A stretch of 64,000 nt of DNA from a virus (Duplodnaviria > Caudoviricetes): IMG/VR virus record IMGVR_UViG_3300022752_000013. One strand, written 5' to 3'. The number at the start of each line of letters is the position of its first letter. Positions within the stretch are counted from its first letter, which is position 1. Below the pieces are notes generated by a model. That model had not been told where the DNA came from, made no database searches, and was given only the letters and a program-made list of their open reading frames with translations. Both the position numbers and the translations under genes were made by a program. Positions 44,714-54,000 of this stretch are shown one piece after another.

Positions 44714-44940
44714 TTATAGATTGGAATGTAAAAAACGTCATTGGCGAATGCCAAAAGATGTACCGTGGTGCCAACGACCCTTACATGACGGGTTATGTCA
44801 ATTGGCCTTGCAAACAAGACTTGTATCGTGTAAAATTTGCTGTAGACGAGATGCTGAAAAAGACGTCAGGCTTTGCTGGTGAAGAGGAATGGCTTCGCGA
44901 ACAAGAAGCAGAATGCATTGTCAACATACTTAAAAAATGA
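44710..44940 (+). CDS. Hypothetical protein
   Basis: ORF in operon. Confidence 0.65.
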   Translation: MIIDWNVKNVIGECQKMYRGANDPYMTGYVNWPCKQDLYRVKFAVDEMLKKTSGFAGEEEWLREQEAECIVNILKK

Positions 44941-45413
44941 TATTCAACCACATCAAACAACTCAAATCAGAAGGTAAGCGCATTGGCATTACTTTCTCAA
45001 CCTTTGACATGGGCCCACATGCAGGCCACATTGCCATGCTGAGTGAAGCCAAGAATCATTGTGACTATCTGATCTGTGGGTTACAAACGGACCCAACTAT
45101 CGATCGGCCAGACACCAAAAATCGCCCTATACAAAGTATTGTTGAGCGACAGATACAGTTGGCCGCATGCCGTTACGTTGATGAAGTTGTTGTATACCAA
45201 ACCGAACAAGATCTTGTGGACTTGTTGCTGATCCTGCCAGTTGATGTTCGTGTGCTGGGTGTGGAATATCAACACCAAAACTTTTCTGGCTATGAGGAAT
45301 GTGGCATGCGCGGGATTGAACTGGTGTTCAACGGCAGAGATCATTCGTTCTCCAGTTCAAGTTTACGTAAAAGAGTAGTGGCAGCAGAAACAATAAAGGC
45401 ATTGAAGCAATGA
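44937..45413 (+). CDS. Cytidylyltransferase (TagD/RfaE-like)
   Basis: FSTFDMGPHAGHIAMLSEAK, YVDEVVVY, RDHSFSSS. Confidence 0.88.
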   Translation: MIFNHIKQLKSEGKRIGITFSTFDMGPHAGHIAMLSEAKNHCDYLICGLQTDPTIDRPDTKNRPIQSIVERQIQLAACRYVDEVVVYQTEQDLVDLLLILPVDVRVLGVEYQHQNFSGYEECGMRGIELVFNGRDHSFSSSSLRKRVVAAETIKALKQ

Positions 45414-46333
45414 AAGAACTATGGGTAGAAAAGTATAGGCCAAAAACTGTAGATGGCTATGTGTTTGTGGACGATGCACAACGTGAACAAGTTGAGCAAT
45501 GGATTCAAGATAAAAGTATTCCGCATCTGTTGTTGTCGGGTCCAGCAGGCACAGGCAAAACAACCTTGGCCAAACTGCTGATCAATCAACTGGGTGTGGA
45601 TGAATATGATGTGATGTATGCCAATGGTTCCAAAGAAGGTCGTGTGATTGCCTGGGTAGACAAATTGATATCATTCTGTCAGACCATGCCGTTTGGTGAA
45701 TTAAAAATTGTGCTGGTAGATGAGGCTGATTATCTAGGAGTAAACACAGTTCAACCAGCACTTCGCAACTTGATGGAAGACTATAGCCAAACTGTTCGTT
45801 TCATTCTCACTTGCAACTATCCATCAAAGATTATTCCACCTTTGCACTCACGTTGCCAAGGGTTTCACATTGCCAAAACTGATCACACAGAGTTCACTGC
45901 CAGAGCCGCAACTGTGCTGGTCACAGAAGGTGTGGAGTTTGATCTTGATGTGCTGGACACCTATGTCAAGGCCACGTACCCAGATCTACGCAAGTGCCTG
46001 AACTTGTTACAGCCCAACAGCCAGTCAGGACAATTGATTGCACCCAAGGCCGCGGACAAGAGCATGGGCGACTGGCGACTGGAGTGTGTGGACCTGTTCA
46101 AACAAGGCAGAGTTCGCGACGCAAGAACACTCATGTGTCAAAGTTCCACGCCGGAAGAAGCCAATGAAATATTCACATGGATGTACAACAACTTGGACTT
46201 GTTTGGAAAGACCCCTGAACAGCAGGATCAAGCCATTGTGATCATTCGTGATGGCATTGCTAAAATTCCTCTAGTGGCTGATCAAGAGATCAACTTGAGT
46301 GCTACCTTGATTGAACTTGGACAAATCAATTAA
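45410..46333 (+). CDS. Sliding-clamp loader small subunit (gp44/RFC-like)
   Basis: LWVEKYRP, GPAGTGKT, LVDEAD, FILTCN, PLHSRC, PDLRK. Confidence 0.93.
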   Translation: MKELWVEKYRPKTVDGYVFVDDAQREQVEQWIQDKSIPHLLLSGPAGTGKTTLAKLLINQLGVDEYDVMYANGSKEGRVIAWVDKLISFCQTMPFGELKIVLVDEADYLGVNTVQPALRNLMEDYSQTVRFILTCNYPSKIIPPLHSRCQGFHIAKTDHTEFTARAATVLVTEGVEFDLDVLDTYVKATYPDLRKCLNLLQPNSQSGQLIAPKAADKSMGDWRLECVDLFKQGRVRDARTLMCQSSTPEEANEIFTWMYNNLDLFGKTPEQQDQAIVIIRDGIAKIPLVADQEINLSATLIELGQIN

Positions 46334-46886
46334 CAACTGTTATCAACCAGCATGGAACCATCGTGGTCAGACTGTACGTGCATGGGGTAAAGATTCCACT
46401 GGGTTGATTGAATATCGATTTAATAATCAAGGGTATCGGCATAGTCAAAACTACAATTGGCCAGCAGATTGGGCATTTTTTGGCAACAGCATTGTGTTTG
46501 GAACTGGTGTTGCCGAATTGGATATATTGACATCACAGTTTGAACGCAGTCAAAATTATGGATTGTCGGGCAATTACATGAATCATCACAGTGTGACCAA
46601 CTTGTCAAATTTTGTTGAATCAACATGCTACACACCAACAACTCGTATTGTATTTTTTTGGATTGATCGAGATCAAGAAGATGTTGATGCACTGATTCAA
46701 CAGGTCAAAATCCTGGCACCTGGTTGTTTGCATATCAGTTCTGGACAATCGCGATCCAAGGCTATCAATCTCATGCCATCGTGTGATCAAGATGTTTCAG
46801 GTACTCACCCAGGACCAAACACTCACAAGATCTGGGCCAAAACAATAAAATCGTTAAGTCATGCTCAAACAACTAATTGTAATTGA
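46311..46886 (+). CDS. SGNH-hydrolase-like protein
   Basis: YRFNNQGYR, FFGNSIVFG, C-terminal HPGPNTH. Confidence 0.55.
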   Translation: MNLDKSINNCYQPAWNHRGQTVRAWGKDSTGLIEYRFNNQGYRHSQNYNWPADWAFFGNSIVFGTGVAELDILTSQFERSQNYGLSGNYMNHHSVTNLSNFVESTCYTPTTRIVFFWIDRDQEDVDALIQQVKILAPGCLHISSGQSRSKAINLMPSCDQDVSGTHPGPNTHKIWAKTIKSLSHAQTTNCN

Positions 46887-47574
46887 TTATCAGGAAGGTG
46901 CAGGCGGGGAATTCATAGCCAGTTGGTTGTCTGCACATTTTGGACAACAGTTAGAAATCAACACACAGGATGATCCTAACTATTTGCAAAAATGGTTGAA
47001 TTCTCACAGTTTAATCACGCCTGATTGGCAAATAAACTTTACTGAATATTTGTTGAATTTTAACAATCTCTGCAGTGAACACAATATTCAACACATCTGT
47101 ATTCCTTATCATTTGTATAAATGGCCCGAACATGTAGACATATTAAAAAAAATCAATCAGGCAAGATTTATACGCATCAACTGTGAAGGGTATGAATTTC
47201 AAATTGCTGAAGATTTCAAAAGAAAAATACTTGATCGTGTGTTGGGGCCCAACGACTTTGCTGAAATTAAGTTCATGCTAGGCAACCAAGGCAAAGAAAA
47301 ACGCAAACATTGTTTGAATTTGTTCAAACAAGGAAAATTAACCTATAGTGAACTTGTTCCAACTACATCAAGCGCCGAATCAAAGCATTTGCCCAGCGCA
47401 GATTTAGAAATAATGTATGGAGATTTTTTTGTTGATTTTACCGGGACTCTGGCAGCATACAAACAACTGTGCAATCAATTGGAAATATCACCCAATCTTG
47501 TGTTGTTGGACGCACTTGTTGATCGTAACAGAAAAAATTTACAACACCATCAAAAGCATTTAAGTACAGCATGA
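46861..47574 (+). CDS. Sulfotransferase-like P-loop protein
   Basis: IVIDYQEGAGGEFIASWL PSB-like loop; EIMYGDFF...YKQLCNQL. Confidence 0.4.
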   Translation: MLKQLIVIDYQEGAGGEFIASWLSAHFGQQLEINTQDDPNYLQKWLNSHSLITPDWQINFTEYLLNFNNLCSEHNIQHICIPYHLYKWPEHVDILKKINQARFIRINCEGYEFQIAEDFKRKILDRVLGPNDFAEIKFMLGNQGKEKRKHCLNLFKQGKLTYSELVPTTSSAESKHLPSADLEIMYGDFFVDFTGTLAAYKQLCNQLEISPNLVLLDALVDRNRKNLQHHQKHLSTA

Positions 47575-47879
47575 GATATCTATTAATTACCTACTATAAA
47601 AAACCCAATGGCCAAATTGACGAAAGCACCGCAATCAGCCGAAATCTAAAAAAGCGAGACATTCAAACTTGCAATGTAATACTTGACTTTCGCACCCTTT
47701 CTGTAGTAAAATGTAGCATGGTTGGTACAGTGGTTCCTAGAGATTGGGACCGAATTGTTTCCTACTACAATCAATATTATGAAAACATTATTGAACGCTT
47801 ACTAAAAGAGAACGGATACGAAATTGTCAAACCTGAAGAAACCCCAGAAGTACAACCCCAAACAGTTGATCCTAGTTGA
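47571..47879 (+). CDS. Conserved phage hypothetical protein
   Basis: MRYLLITYYKKPNGQIDE. Confidence 0.75.
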   Translation: MRYLLITYYKKPNGQIDESTAISRNLKKRDIQTCNVILDFRTLSVVKCSMVGTVVPRDWDRIVSYYNQYYENIIERLLKENGYEIVKPEETPEVQPQTVDPS

Positions 47880-48438
47880 TGCCGACGGCGTTATCTTAGA
47901 TTGGGAATATGCCTTCTCAGTCTGGATGGAAGAGCATGGCTTTGTGAGAACTGAAGGCAGTCAGTTCATGTATGATATAGGACAACGCTACGGAATTGAC
48001 CATGAACAAGGTCGCAAGTTGATTAAGATTTTTAACGAATCGGCTGCCATTGGTTTTTTGCCTCCATTACGTGATGCCATGTATTATGTCAAACGCTTGC
48101 ACGAAGAACACGGTTACGTATTTCACTGTATTACCAGTCTAAGTCTTGATGCCAACGCCGGCAAACTGAGAGAAATGAATCTACGTAAGTTATTTGGAAA
48201 AACTGCATTTGAACGCATTGTGTGTTTGGACACCGGTGCAGACAAGAATGATGCATTGAGTGAGTATCAGAATTCTGGTTGTCACTGGATTGAAGACAAA
48301 CCGGAAAATGCTGAAGTTGGACTAGATTTAGGTTTACGTAGCATCCTGATGGAGCATGGGCATAATATGAATCATGTCAACGAACAAATTCCGGTAGTCA
48401 AAAACTGGCGAGAAATTTACGAAATCGTCACCTCCTAA
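47824..48438 (+). CDS. HAD-family 5'(3')-deoxyribonucleotidase-like
   Basis: LVDADGVILDW, CITS, WIEDK..N. Confidence 0.85.
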   Translation: MSNLKKPQKYNPKQLILVDADGVILDWEYAFSVWMEEHGFVRTEGSQFMYDIGQRYGIDHEQGRKLIKIFNESAAIGFLPPLRDAMYYVKRLHEEHGYVFHCITSLSLDANAGKLREMNLRKLFGKTAFERIVCLDTGADKNDALSEYQNSGCHWIEDKPENAEVGLDLGLRSILMEHGHNMNHVNEQIPVVKNWREIYEIVTS

Positions 48439-49169
48439 TCTTCGTACAATCTCAGCACTGAGCCAATTATAGGGTGACGCTGGATATCTTTTCCGGTCAG
48501 TCTGCACACAGCCATACCTGCCACGGGCCGTGCCTCTAATTTGATACACAGATCCAACAGTCCATTGTTGTGCTCTTTGCGATCTGCTTGTTCCACATCT
48601 CCAGTTACCACAATCTTGCTGCCGGTGCCGATGCGGCTCAGGAGCATTTTCATTTGTGCGGGAGTAGCGTTTTGCATTTCATCTGCAATGATCCAGGCAT
48701 GCTTGAACGTGCGTCCACGCATGTAGGCCAAGGGTGAAATTTCAATGTTGCCTTCTTCGATCATGGCAGTGATCTCAGCGGGCCGGTAATACTCACGCAG
48801 TACATCAAGCAAGGGTCTTGTCCAGGGTTCCATTTTGGCCACTAGATTGCCGGGTAAGAAGCCATGTTGTTCATCCTCCACGCCGATGGCGGGACGAGTT
48901 AGAACGATACGCTTGGCTTCGCCGCTTCTGAAGGCTTTGACCGCTGCCAGCATGGCTAGATAGGTTTTACCAGTTCCTGCTGGCCCTGCTGTTACAATGA
49001 TGTGTTGGTCTGCGTCGAGTAGATTTAGTATGAGATGCTCTTGGTTTCGTGTTTTGGGTATTAGTTCTATGGGTCGTTGTCGTGCCTTTGGTTGTGTGTT
49101 AAACGGAATTGTGTTTTCAATGTTTGTTTGCATACGTTGTTGCGCCTTAGCGCCTCTGTTTCTACTCAA
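48435..49169 (-). CDS. phoH: PhoH-like ATPase
   Basis: GPAGTGKT, LTRP, GFLPG, LAYMRGRT, DEMQN, GDVEQAD; TAAATA at 49211 (minus). Confidence 0.95.
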   Translation of the reverse strand: MSRNRGAKAQQRMQTNIENTIPFNTQPKARQRPIELIPKTRNQEHLILNLLDADQHIIVTAGPAGTGKTYLAMLAAVKAFRSGEAKRIVLTRPAIGVEDEQHGFLPGNLVAKMEPWTRPLLDVLREYYRPAEITAMIEEGNIEISPLAYMRGRTFKHAWIIADEMQNATPAQMKMLLSRIGTGSKIVVTGDVEQADRKEHNNGLLDLCIKLEARPVAGMAVCRLTGKDIQRHPIIGSVLRLYED

Positions 49170-49332
49170 GTGCGATTCTCCTTTTGAAACAGCCGGTCTG
49201 GCTGTGTGAATATTTAGGTGAGTTAGCCCGGAGTTTTCTGACCATGTATTTCAGATATTTCTAGCATAAGTATTCCACTGTCCGGAGCAAATTTAAACAA
49301 ACCCGGAATTGATGTTTGCCATAAATATCTGC

Positions 49333-49941
49333 ATGGCACTCAAAGACGAAGCAATTTTTAAAGATCATCAGGATTACTGGATGGTGGCTGACAACATCCG
49401 CGATATCTATCTATCAGAAGGCAGTTTGCTTACTCTCCTGGATTTTGAGCGTGTGCTGGACGAAATGGACTTGTATGCATTCAAAAACTGGGACCGCGGT
49501 GAACTGGTACAAGGTCCCGACATTGGCAAGTACAAAGTGGGCTGTATCTTTATGTGGCCGGAAAAACTCATGCCTGATCCACGTGGCGCACGTCGACTGC
49601 TGCCGTTTGATTGCGATGTCAAGTTCAAAAAAACCACTATCAAAATACCCATCAAAGTGGAGCAACCTGCAGACTACATGGCTGGTACGCACACCGCTCG
49701 CTTGGTGGACAAACATGTATGGCTGGTGGAAATTGTCATGCCCAAGGCCTTGATTTCAGACATCCGCACAGGATCAATTGAGTTGGAAGACGAGGAAATT
49801 GATCTAGAAGATTTGGATTCAGCCTATCAAGAAGATCTTGATGGAGAACAATATCAAAATGACCAGAGCGCAGAAAATGCACAACAATCACTACAACAAC
49901 CAGGAGCACCAATTGCAGCCGCACCGCCAGTCGCTTCTTGA
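49333..49941 (+). CDS. Conserved late phage protein
   Basis: TAAATA 5 nt before ATG; DFERVLDE.DLYAFKNW. Confidence 0.8.
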   Translation: MALKDEAIFKDHQDYWMVADNIRDIYLSEGSLLTLLDFERVLDEMDLYAFKNWDRGELVQGPDIGKYKVGCIFMWPEKLMPDPRGARRLLPFDCDVKFKKTTIKIPIKVEQPADYMAGTHTARLVDKHVWLVEIVMPKALISDIRTGSIELEDEEIDLEDLDSAYQEDLDGEQYQNDQSAENAQQSLQQPGAPIAAAPPVAS

Positions 49942-50461
49942 AGGTCTTGGCTACAAAGACCTTGAGGGCATACTCAAGCCCACTATTCACATTGATGAAT
50001 TCTCATCCAAAATGGGTGACGATGATGACATCATTGTTGTGAGTTTCTTTGCCCGTGACAAAGCCGCTGCCAAGGACCTGATGAATTGGTTTGAAAAAGG
50101 CTATGACTTTGTGCTGGACGCTGATCAAAGCCCTGGCGAAATCAAACCCAATAGATATCTGGTTTACGTGGAAATGCGACGTCGCAGAGCCGCTCCTGAG
50201 CAGATCAACGAACTCTTGGAAGACCTGGCTACACTAACAGAGTTTGAACCTGAAGACTGGACCATGGTCTACAAGGAAAAGACACACCCTTGGAGTACTG
50301 AAGAATTTGCTCGCTTGGTGCCACTCAGTCCAAGAGAGTATCGCGAGCGCACAGAGCGCGATCTCAACGAATGGCGCACGGCCGCAGGTTTGCCTGTGAA
50401 GGCCACTTACGATCGAGATGATGCTATTCGCACGATACAATCCGCCGCAGGTATCCTATGA
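49877..50461 (+). CDS. Conserved late phage protein
   Basis: LEGL.YKDLEG...HIDEFSSKMGDDDD. Confidence 0.8.
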   Translation: MHNNHYNNQEHQLQPHRQSLLEGLGYKDLEGILKPTIHIDEFSSKMGDDDDIIVVSFFARDKAAAKDLMNWFEKGYDFVLDADQSPGEIKPNRYLVYVEMRRRRAAPEQINELLEDLATLTEFEPEDWTMVYKEKTHPWSTEEFARLVPLSPREYRERTERDLNEWRTAAGLPVKATYDRDDAIRTIQSAAGIL

Positions 50462-51372
50462 GACTGAGAGAATTTGCACCCTCAGGTGGCGGAGATTCAG
50501 GCAACTACTTCCAAGCCCTGGCCTCGGCCTGGTACAATGGTACCTTTGACACAGGTAGTCTGCAAAAAGGTATCAAGAGTCAACAAGATGTTGAACGTTT
50601 ACTAAATCGCGGCATTGTTTGTCCTGATGGTAAAACACGTAAACTGCATATTGATTACAATGGTGACTTTGACGGTGTGGAAATCTACAGTGATGACTAC
50701 TATGAATATGGTGATCACGATGACACTATAGACAGTCGCACAGGACAAAAGTGGGGACCATATGATTTTATGGCCTTTTCAGATGAGGACTTGAGCGAAG
50801 GCCTAAATGAATTTGCAGCCGATGATGGTGACAGTGGCGGTGAAGACGATGCCTTACATAACTACGCTAGAATGTGGTGGGCCGGAGACGAAGCAACACA
50901 AATGCAAATTGAAGCCGCACTGGCAAAAATGGGCTGGGAAATTGGCGAAGACGAAGGCGGCTACGACAACGGTGGCGTGTTTGTGATACGTGCTGGTGAC
51001 ATCAATGGCGATAGTTACGTCTCATGGGCCGCAGAAGATTTAACAGAAGGTGTATGGGACAATATTAAAAAGTCTTTTACTCCTGACCCTAATTGGCAAA
51101 AACGTGCTGGCCAAGCGGCAGGACACGTGGCACAGGGTGCTGTGGCCGGAGGAGCACACGGCCATGCTGTGGGCCATGCTATGGCAGATACCGGAGTACA
51201 CGAAGGCGACTTGAATGAAAAGTCCACAAGCCAAGCACAGTTCCGCACAATGGCAGCGGCTGCGCACAATCCCGAGTTTGCTCGCAAAGTAGGCATCAAA
51301 CAATCAGTAGCACGAGAGTTTAATCGCGCTGACAAGAAATCCAACTACAAAGCATTGCCCAAAAAGGCCTAA
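50458..51372 (+). CDS. Multi-module acidic protein, putative processed head-internal polyprotein
   Basis: Modules delimited by LRE, LSE/LNE, LTE, LNE; C-terminal KSTSQAQFRTMAAAAHNPEFARKVGI. Confidence 0.7.
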   Translation: MRLREFAPSGGGDSGNYFQALASAWYNGTFDTGSLQKGIKSQQDVERLLNRGIVCPDGKTRKLHIDYNGDFDGVEIYSDDYYEYGDHDDTIDSRTGQKWGPYDFMAFSDEDLSEGLNEFAADDGDSGGEDDALHNYARMWWAGDEATQMQIEAALAKMGWEIGEDEGGYDNGGVFVIRAGDINGDSYVSWAAEDLTEGVWDNIKKSFTPDPNWQKRAGQAAGHVAQGAVAGGAHGHAVGHAMADTGVHEGDLNEKSTSQAQFRTMAAAAHNPEFARKVGIKQSVAREFNRADKKSNYKALPKKA

Positions 51373-51380
51373 GGTACCCA

Positions 51381-51809
51381 ATGAGACAGTACATCAATCT
51401 TGTGGAAGCGGTGCAAAAGGGCTGTCCTATTGCCACGCATGATATCACCTTAAATCTTAAAAATCGCCAAACAGCCATTGACGACTATCACTACGGCCCG
51501 GCTAATCCACTAGAGCCAGGCGACTATTGGGCAGGTGCTGCCAAGCGTTGGGCGGTGCCAGAAAAAACTGTAAAGACCATGCTTTGCGGCAACTGTGCGG
51601 CGTTTGATGCCAGTGACAGTATGCGCAAGTGTATCGAGTCAGGAATCCAAGGCGATGAAAAACATGCAGACGCTGTGGCCACAATAAACTTGAGTGATCT
51701 TGGCTACTGCAATTTTCTACACTTTAAATGTGCTGGAACCAGAACCTGTGCGGGCTGGGTAGTAGGCGGTCCTATCACTGAAAAAGATCGCGGGCAAAAG
51801 GCCAACTAA
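51381..51809 (+). CDS. Cys-rich conserved phage protein
   Basis: MRQYINLVEA; CGNCAAFD, YCNFLHFKCAGTRTC. Confidence 0.8.
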   Translation: MRQYINLVEAVQKGCPIATHDITLNLKNRQTAIDDYHYGPANPLEPGDYWAGAAKRWAVPEKTVKTMLCGNCAAFDASDSMRKCIESGIQGDEKHADAVATINLSDLGYCNFLHFKCAGTRTCAGWVVGGPITEKDRGQKAN

Positions 51810-52559
51810 ATGAATCTGGGTGATATCTTTGAATCCAGCGGCCCTAGTTTAGAGGGCAGTTACACGCCGGATCTGGTGTTCAGCAAACTGTGGCTGGCCC
51901 GTGAACTCAAATTGATACTGGAACAACAGGGCGTTGAATCAGTACCTGTTGCTTACATACTGGGCTCTTGGTACAGCAATCTCAGCACAATCCTACGCAG
52001 AACAGGCGTGCCTATTGATCGAATTGTGGATGTAGAACAACGAGGCGAATGGTTGCGTACTGGTCAGCAATTGCAACAAGATATGAATATTTCAGGTGTG
52101 GAACACATGCAGGCTGATGTCAATGAACTAGACTACAGACAACTTGAACAGCCCGGACTAGTCATAAACACCAGCATCAACGACATTGCTGACCACGGAT
52201 GGTTTGATAATATTCCTGACGGCACCCTGGTGATCATGCAAGGACGAGATGCTGTGGAACAAAACGCATACGAATCTCCTGAAGAACTGTTACAGGCATA
52301 TCCATTAGAATCAGTACTGTATTCAGGCACATGGGACCTGGAAGATCCTGAAACTGAGTATCAACGCTCAATGGTCATTGGCATCAAAGGACGTGAGCAA
52401 TTGAGTGAATTACAGTTCCTGGGCTCAACCTGTACCAAGGACTGCTCAGGACATCGTGCTGGCTACAATTGGAGCAAGCGCAAAGGTTTGGTTCAGGCCA
52501 ACAGTCCCTGGAGTCCCAGTTTCAACAAAGGCGCCGCACTGGCAGTGGCTGGAAAATAA
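51810..52559 (+). CDS. Class I SAM-methyltransferase-like protein with C-terminal CxxxCxGH module
   Basis: ILGSWYS, DVE, ADVNELDY, VINTS; CTKDCSGHRAGY. Confidence 0.55.
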   Translation: MNLGDIFESSGPSLEGSYTPDLVFSKLWLARELKLILEQQGVESVPVAYILGSWYSNLSTILRRTGVPIDRIVDVEQRGEWLRTGQQLQQDMNISGVEHMQADVNELDYRQLEQPGLVINTSINDIADHGWFDNIPDGTLVIMQGRDAVEQNAYESPEELLQAYPLESVLYSGTWDLEDPETEYQRSMVIGIKGREQLSELQFLGSTCTKDCSGHRAGYNWSKRKGLVQANSPWSPSFNKGAALAVAGK

Positions 52560-52593
52560 ACTACACATATAATTCACAATATATAACTGCACT

Positions 52594-53238
52594 ATGAAGT
52601 TGAAAAGTTTCGGGTGCAGTTTTATTTTTGGCAGTGATCTTTCTGACATTACCACCAAATCAAAAAAATACAGTCAATTGACATGGCCGGCCATAATTGC
52701 CCAACGTCAAGGATTGGAGTATCAGTGTTATGCCAGGCCAGGATCGGGCAATTTACAAATACTAAACAACATACTGGATCAGGTGGCACAACACAGCAGT
52801 GATGTTTATGTAATCAATTGGACTTTTGTAAATCGTTGGGACTATATGTATGCTGGCAACAATCAATGGCATTCTGTCTTGCCTTGGGATCAACATGAGC
52901 GAGCAGAATTTTATTATCGACACTTCCAAGCAGAATACACAGACAAATTAAACAATTTAATTTGGATTGATTGTGCTGTGCAAGCACTACAGTCCGTGGG
53001 AGCAAAGTTTTGCATGACTTACATGGACGAATTATTGCTGGATTCAAGATGGAACATCAGTCCAGGCATTGCACAATTACAACAAAAAATTGCGCCACAC
53101 TTGCATTTGTTTGACGGTGCAAACTTTGTGGCCTGGAGTCAACGCAATGGGCATGCTATTAGTACAGAATATCATCATCCATTGGAACAGGCACATTCTG
53201 CAGCCGCCAACTACCTGCAAAATCACAGTTTGGTATAG
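52594..53238 (+). CDS. SGNH-like (DUF6071-like) protein
   Basis: SFGCSFIFG, TWPA, RPGSGN, HHPLEQAH. Confidence 0.6.
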   Translation: MKLKSFGCSFIFGSDLSDITTKSKKYSQLTWPAIIAQRQGLEYQCYARPGSGNLQILNNILDQVAQHSSDVYVINWTFVNRWDYMYAGNNQWHSVLPWDQHERAEFYYRHFQAEYTDKLNNLIWIDCAVQALQSVGAKFCMTYMDELLLDSRWNISPGIAQLQQKIAPHLHLFDGANFVAWSQRNGHAISTEYHHPLEQAHSAAANYLQNHSLV

Positions 53239-53948
53239 ACAAAATACAATCGATCATTGGCATCCTTTTTGTAGGTATCCAAATGTAAATTGTACTGCTC
53301 AGCAAATTCATTTACTACTTCAAATGTCCAGGGGAATATTTCCACATAAGGTCCTGTTTTGTGTGTGATACCAGGATTGGCACGTAAGTAAAATTTTCCA
53401 CCCTGTTTCAACAAACTCACACAGTGTGCAAAACGTTGCTCAATTTCGTCTCGACTATTAAAGTTGATTGATCCCAGCGCAATAATAACATCGTATTGAT
53501 GCTTGACTCGGTACTCTAAGATATCAACTTCATAATCTGCACAGTTATTGTAAGGGTCAATTCCAACAATGTTCTGTATGCGCCCTTTGAATGGGTGATA
53601 GCCACAGCCCACGTCCAACACACGCTCAGGATTTAATTTGTTGATCTCATCAGCAAGTTCCCAACCTGTGTGTTCATAGTCGCCTGTGCGTGGCTTCCAT
53701 ATTTCACTGAAGAAACGTAGAATATAACGTTCTGAAAGATCGTCTACTATGCTTCGTAATGTACCCACATAATCGCAAGGCAACGATAACTCTGCTTCCA
53801 CAGCGTCCTTGAACTTTGAATAACGTGCTGGGGTCCAGGGCAGGTCTTGTACAACAGTATCAGCATCAATAGAAATATTTGCATACTTGGGTAAATTAAA
53901 CGCTAGTTGCAAATTTTTTGTTAAGAGGTTAAAAATTTTGGTGTTCAT
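53223..53948 (-). CDS. Class I SAM-dependent methyltransferase with N-terminal ACP-like helical domain
   Basis: VLDVGCG, GIDP, YDVIIALGS, LKQGG. Confidence 0.8.
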   Translation of the reverse strand: MNTKIFNLLTKNLQLAFNLPKYANISIDADTVVQDLPWTPARYSKFKDAVEAELSLPCDYVGTLRSIVDDLSERYILRFFSEIWKPRTGDYEHTGWELADEINKLNPERVLDVGCGYHPFKGRIQNIVGIDPYNNCADYEVDILEYRVKHQYDVIIALGSINFNSRDEIEQRFAHCVSLLKQGGKFYLRANPGITHKTGPYVEIFPWTFEVVNEFAEQYNLHLDTYKKDANDRLYFVYTKL

Positions 53949-54000
53949 AAGAAATTTTGGTAAATAAAGTTGATTTTCAAATACTATTTAAGGAGTCCGC

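Noticed and set aside
49838-49941. Programmed frameshift joining 49333-49941 and 49877-50461
   Set aside because: A simple 65-nt overlap with its own ATG explains it; no clear slippery site with downstream structure
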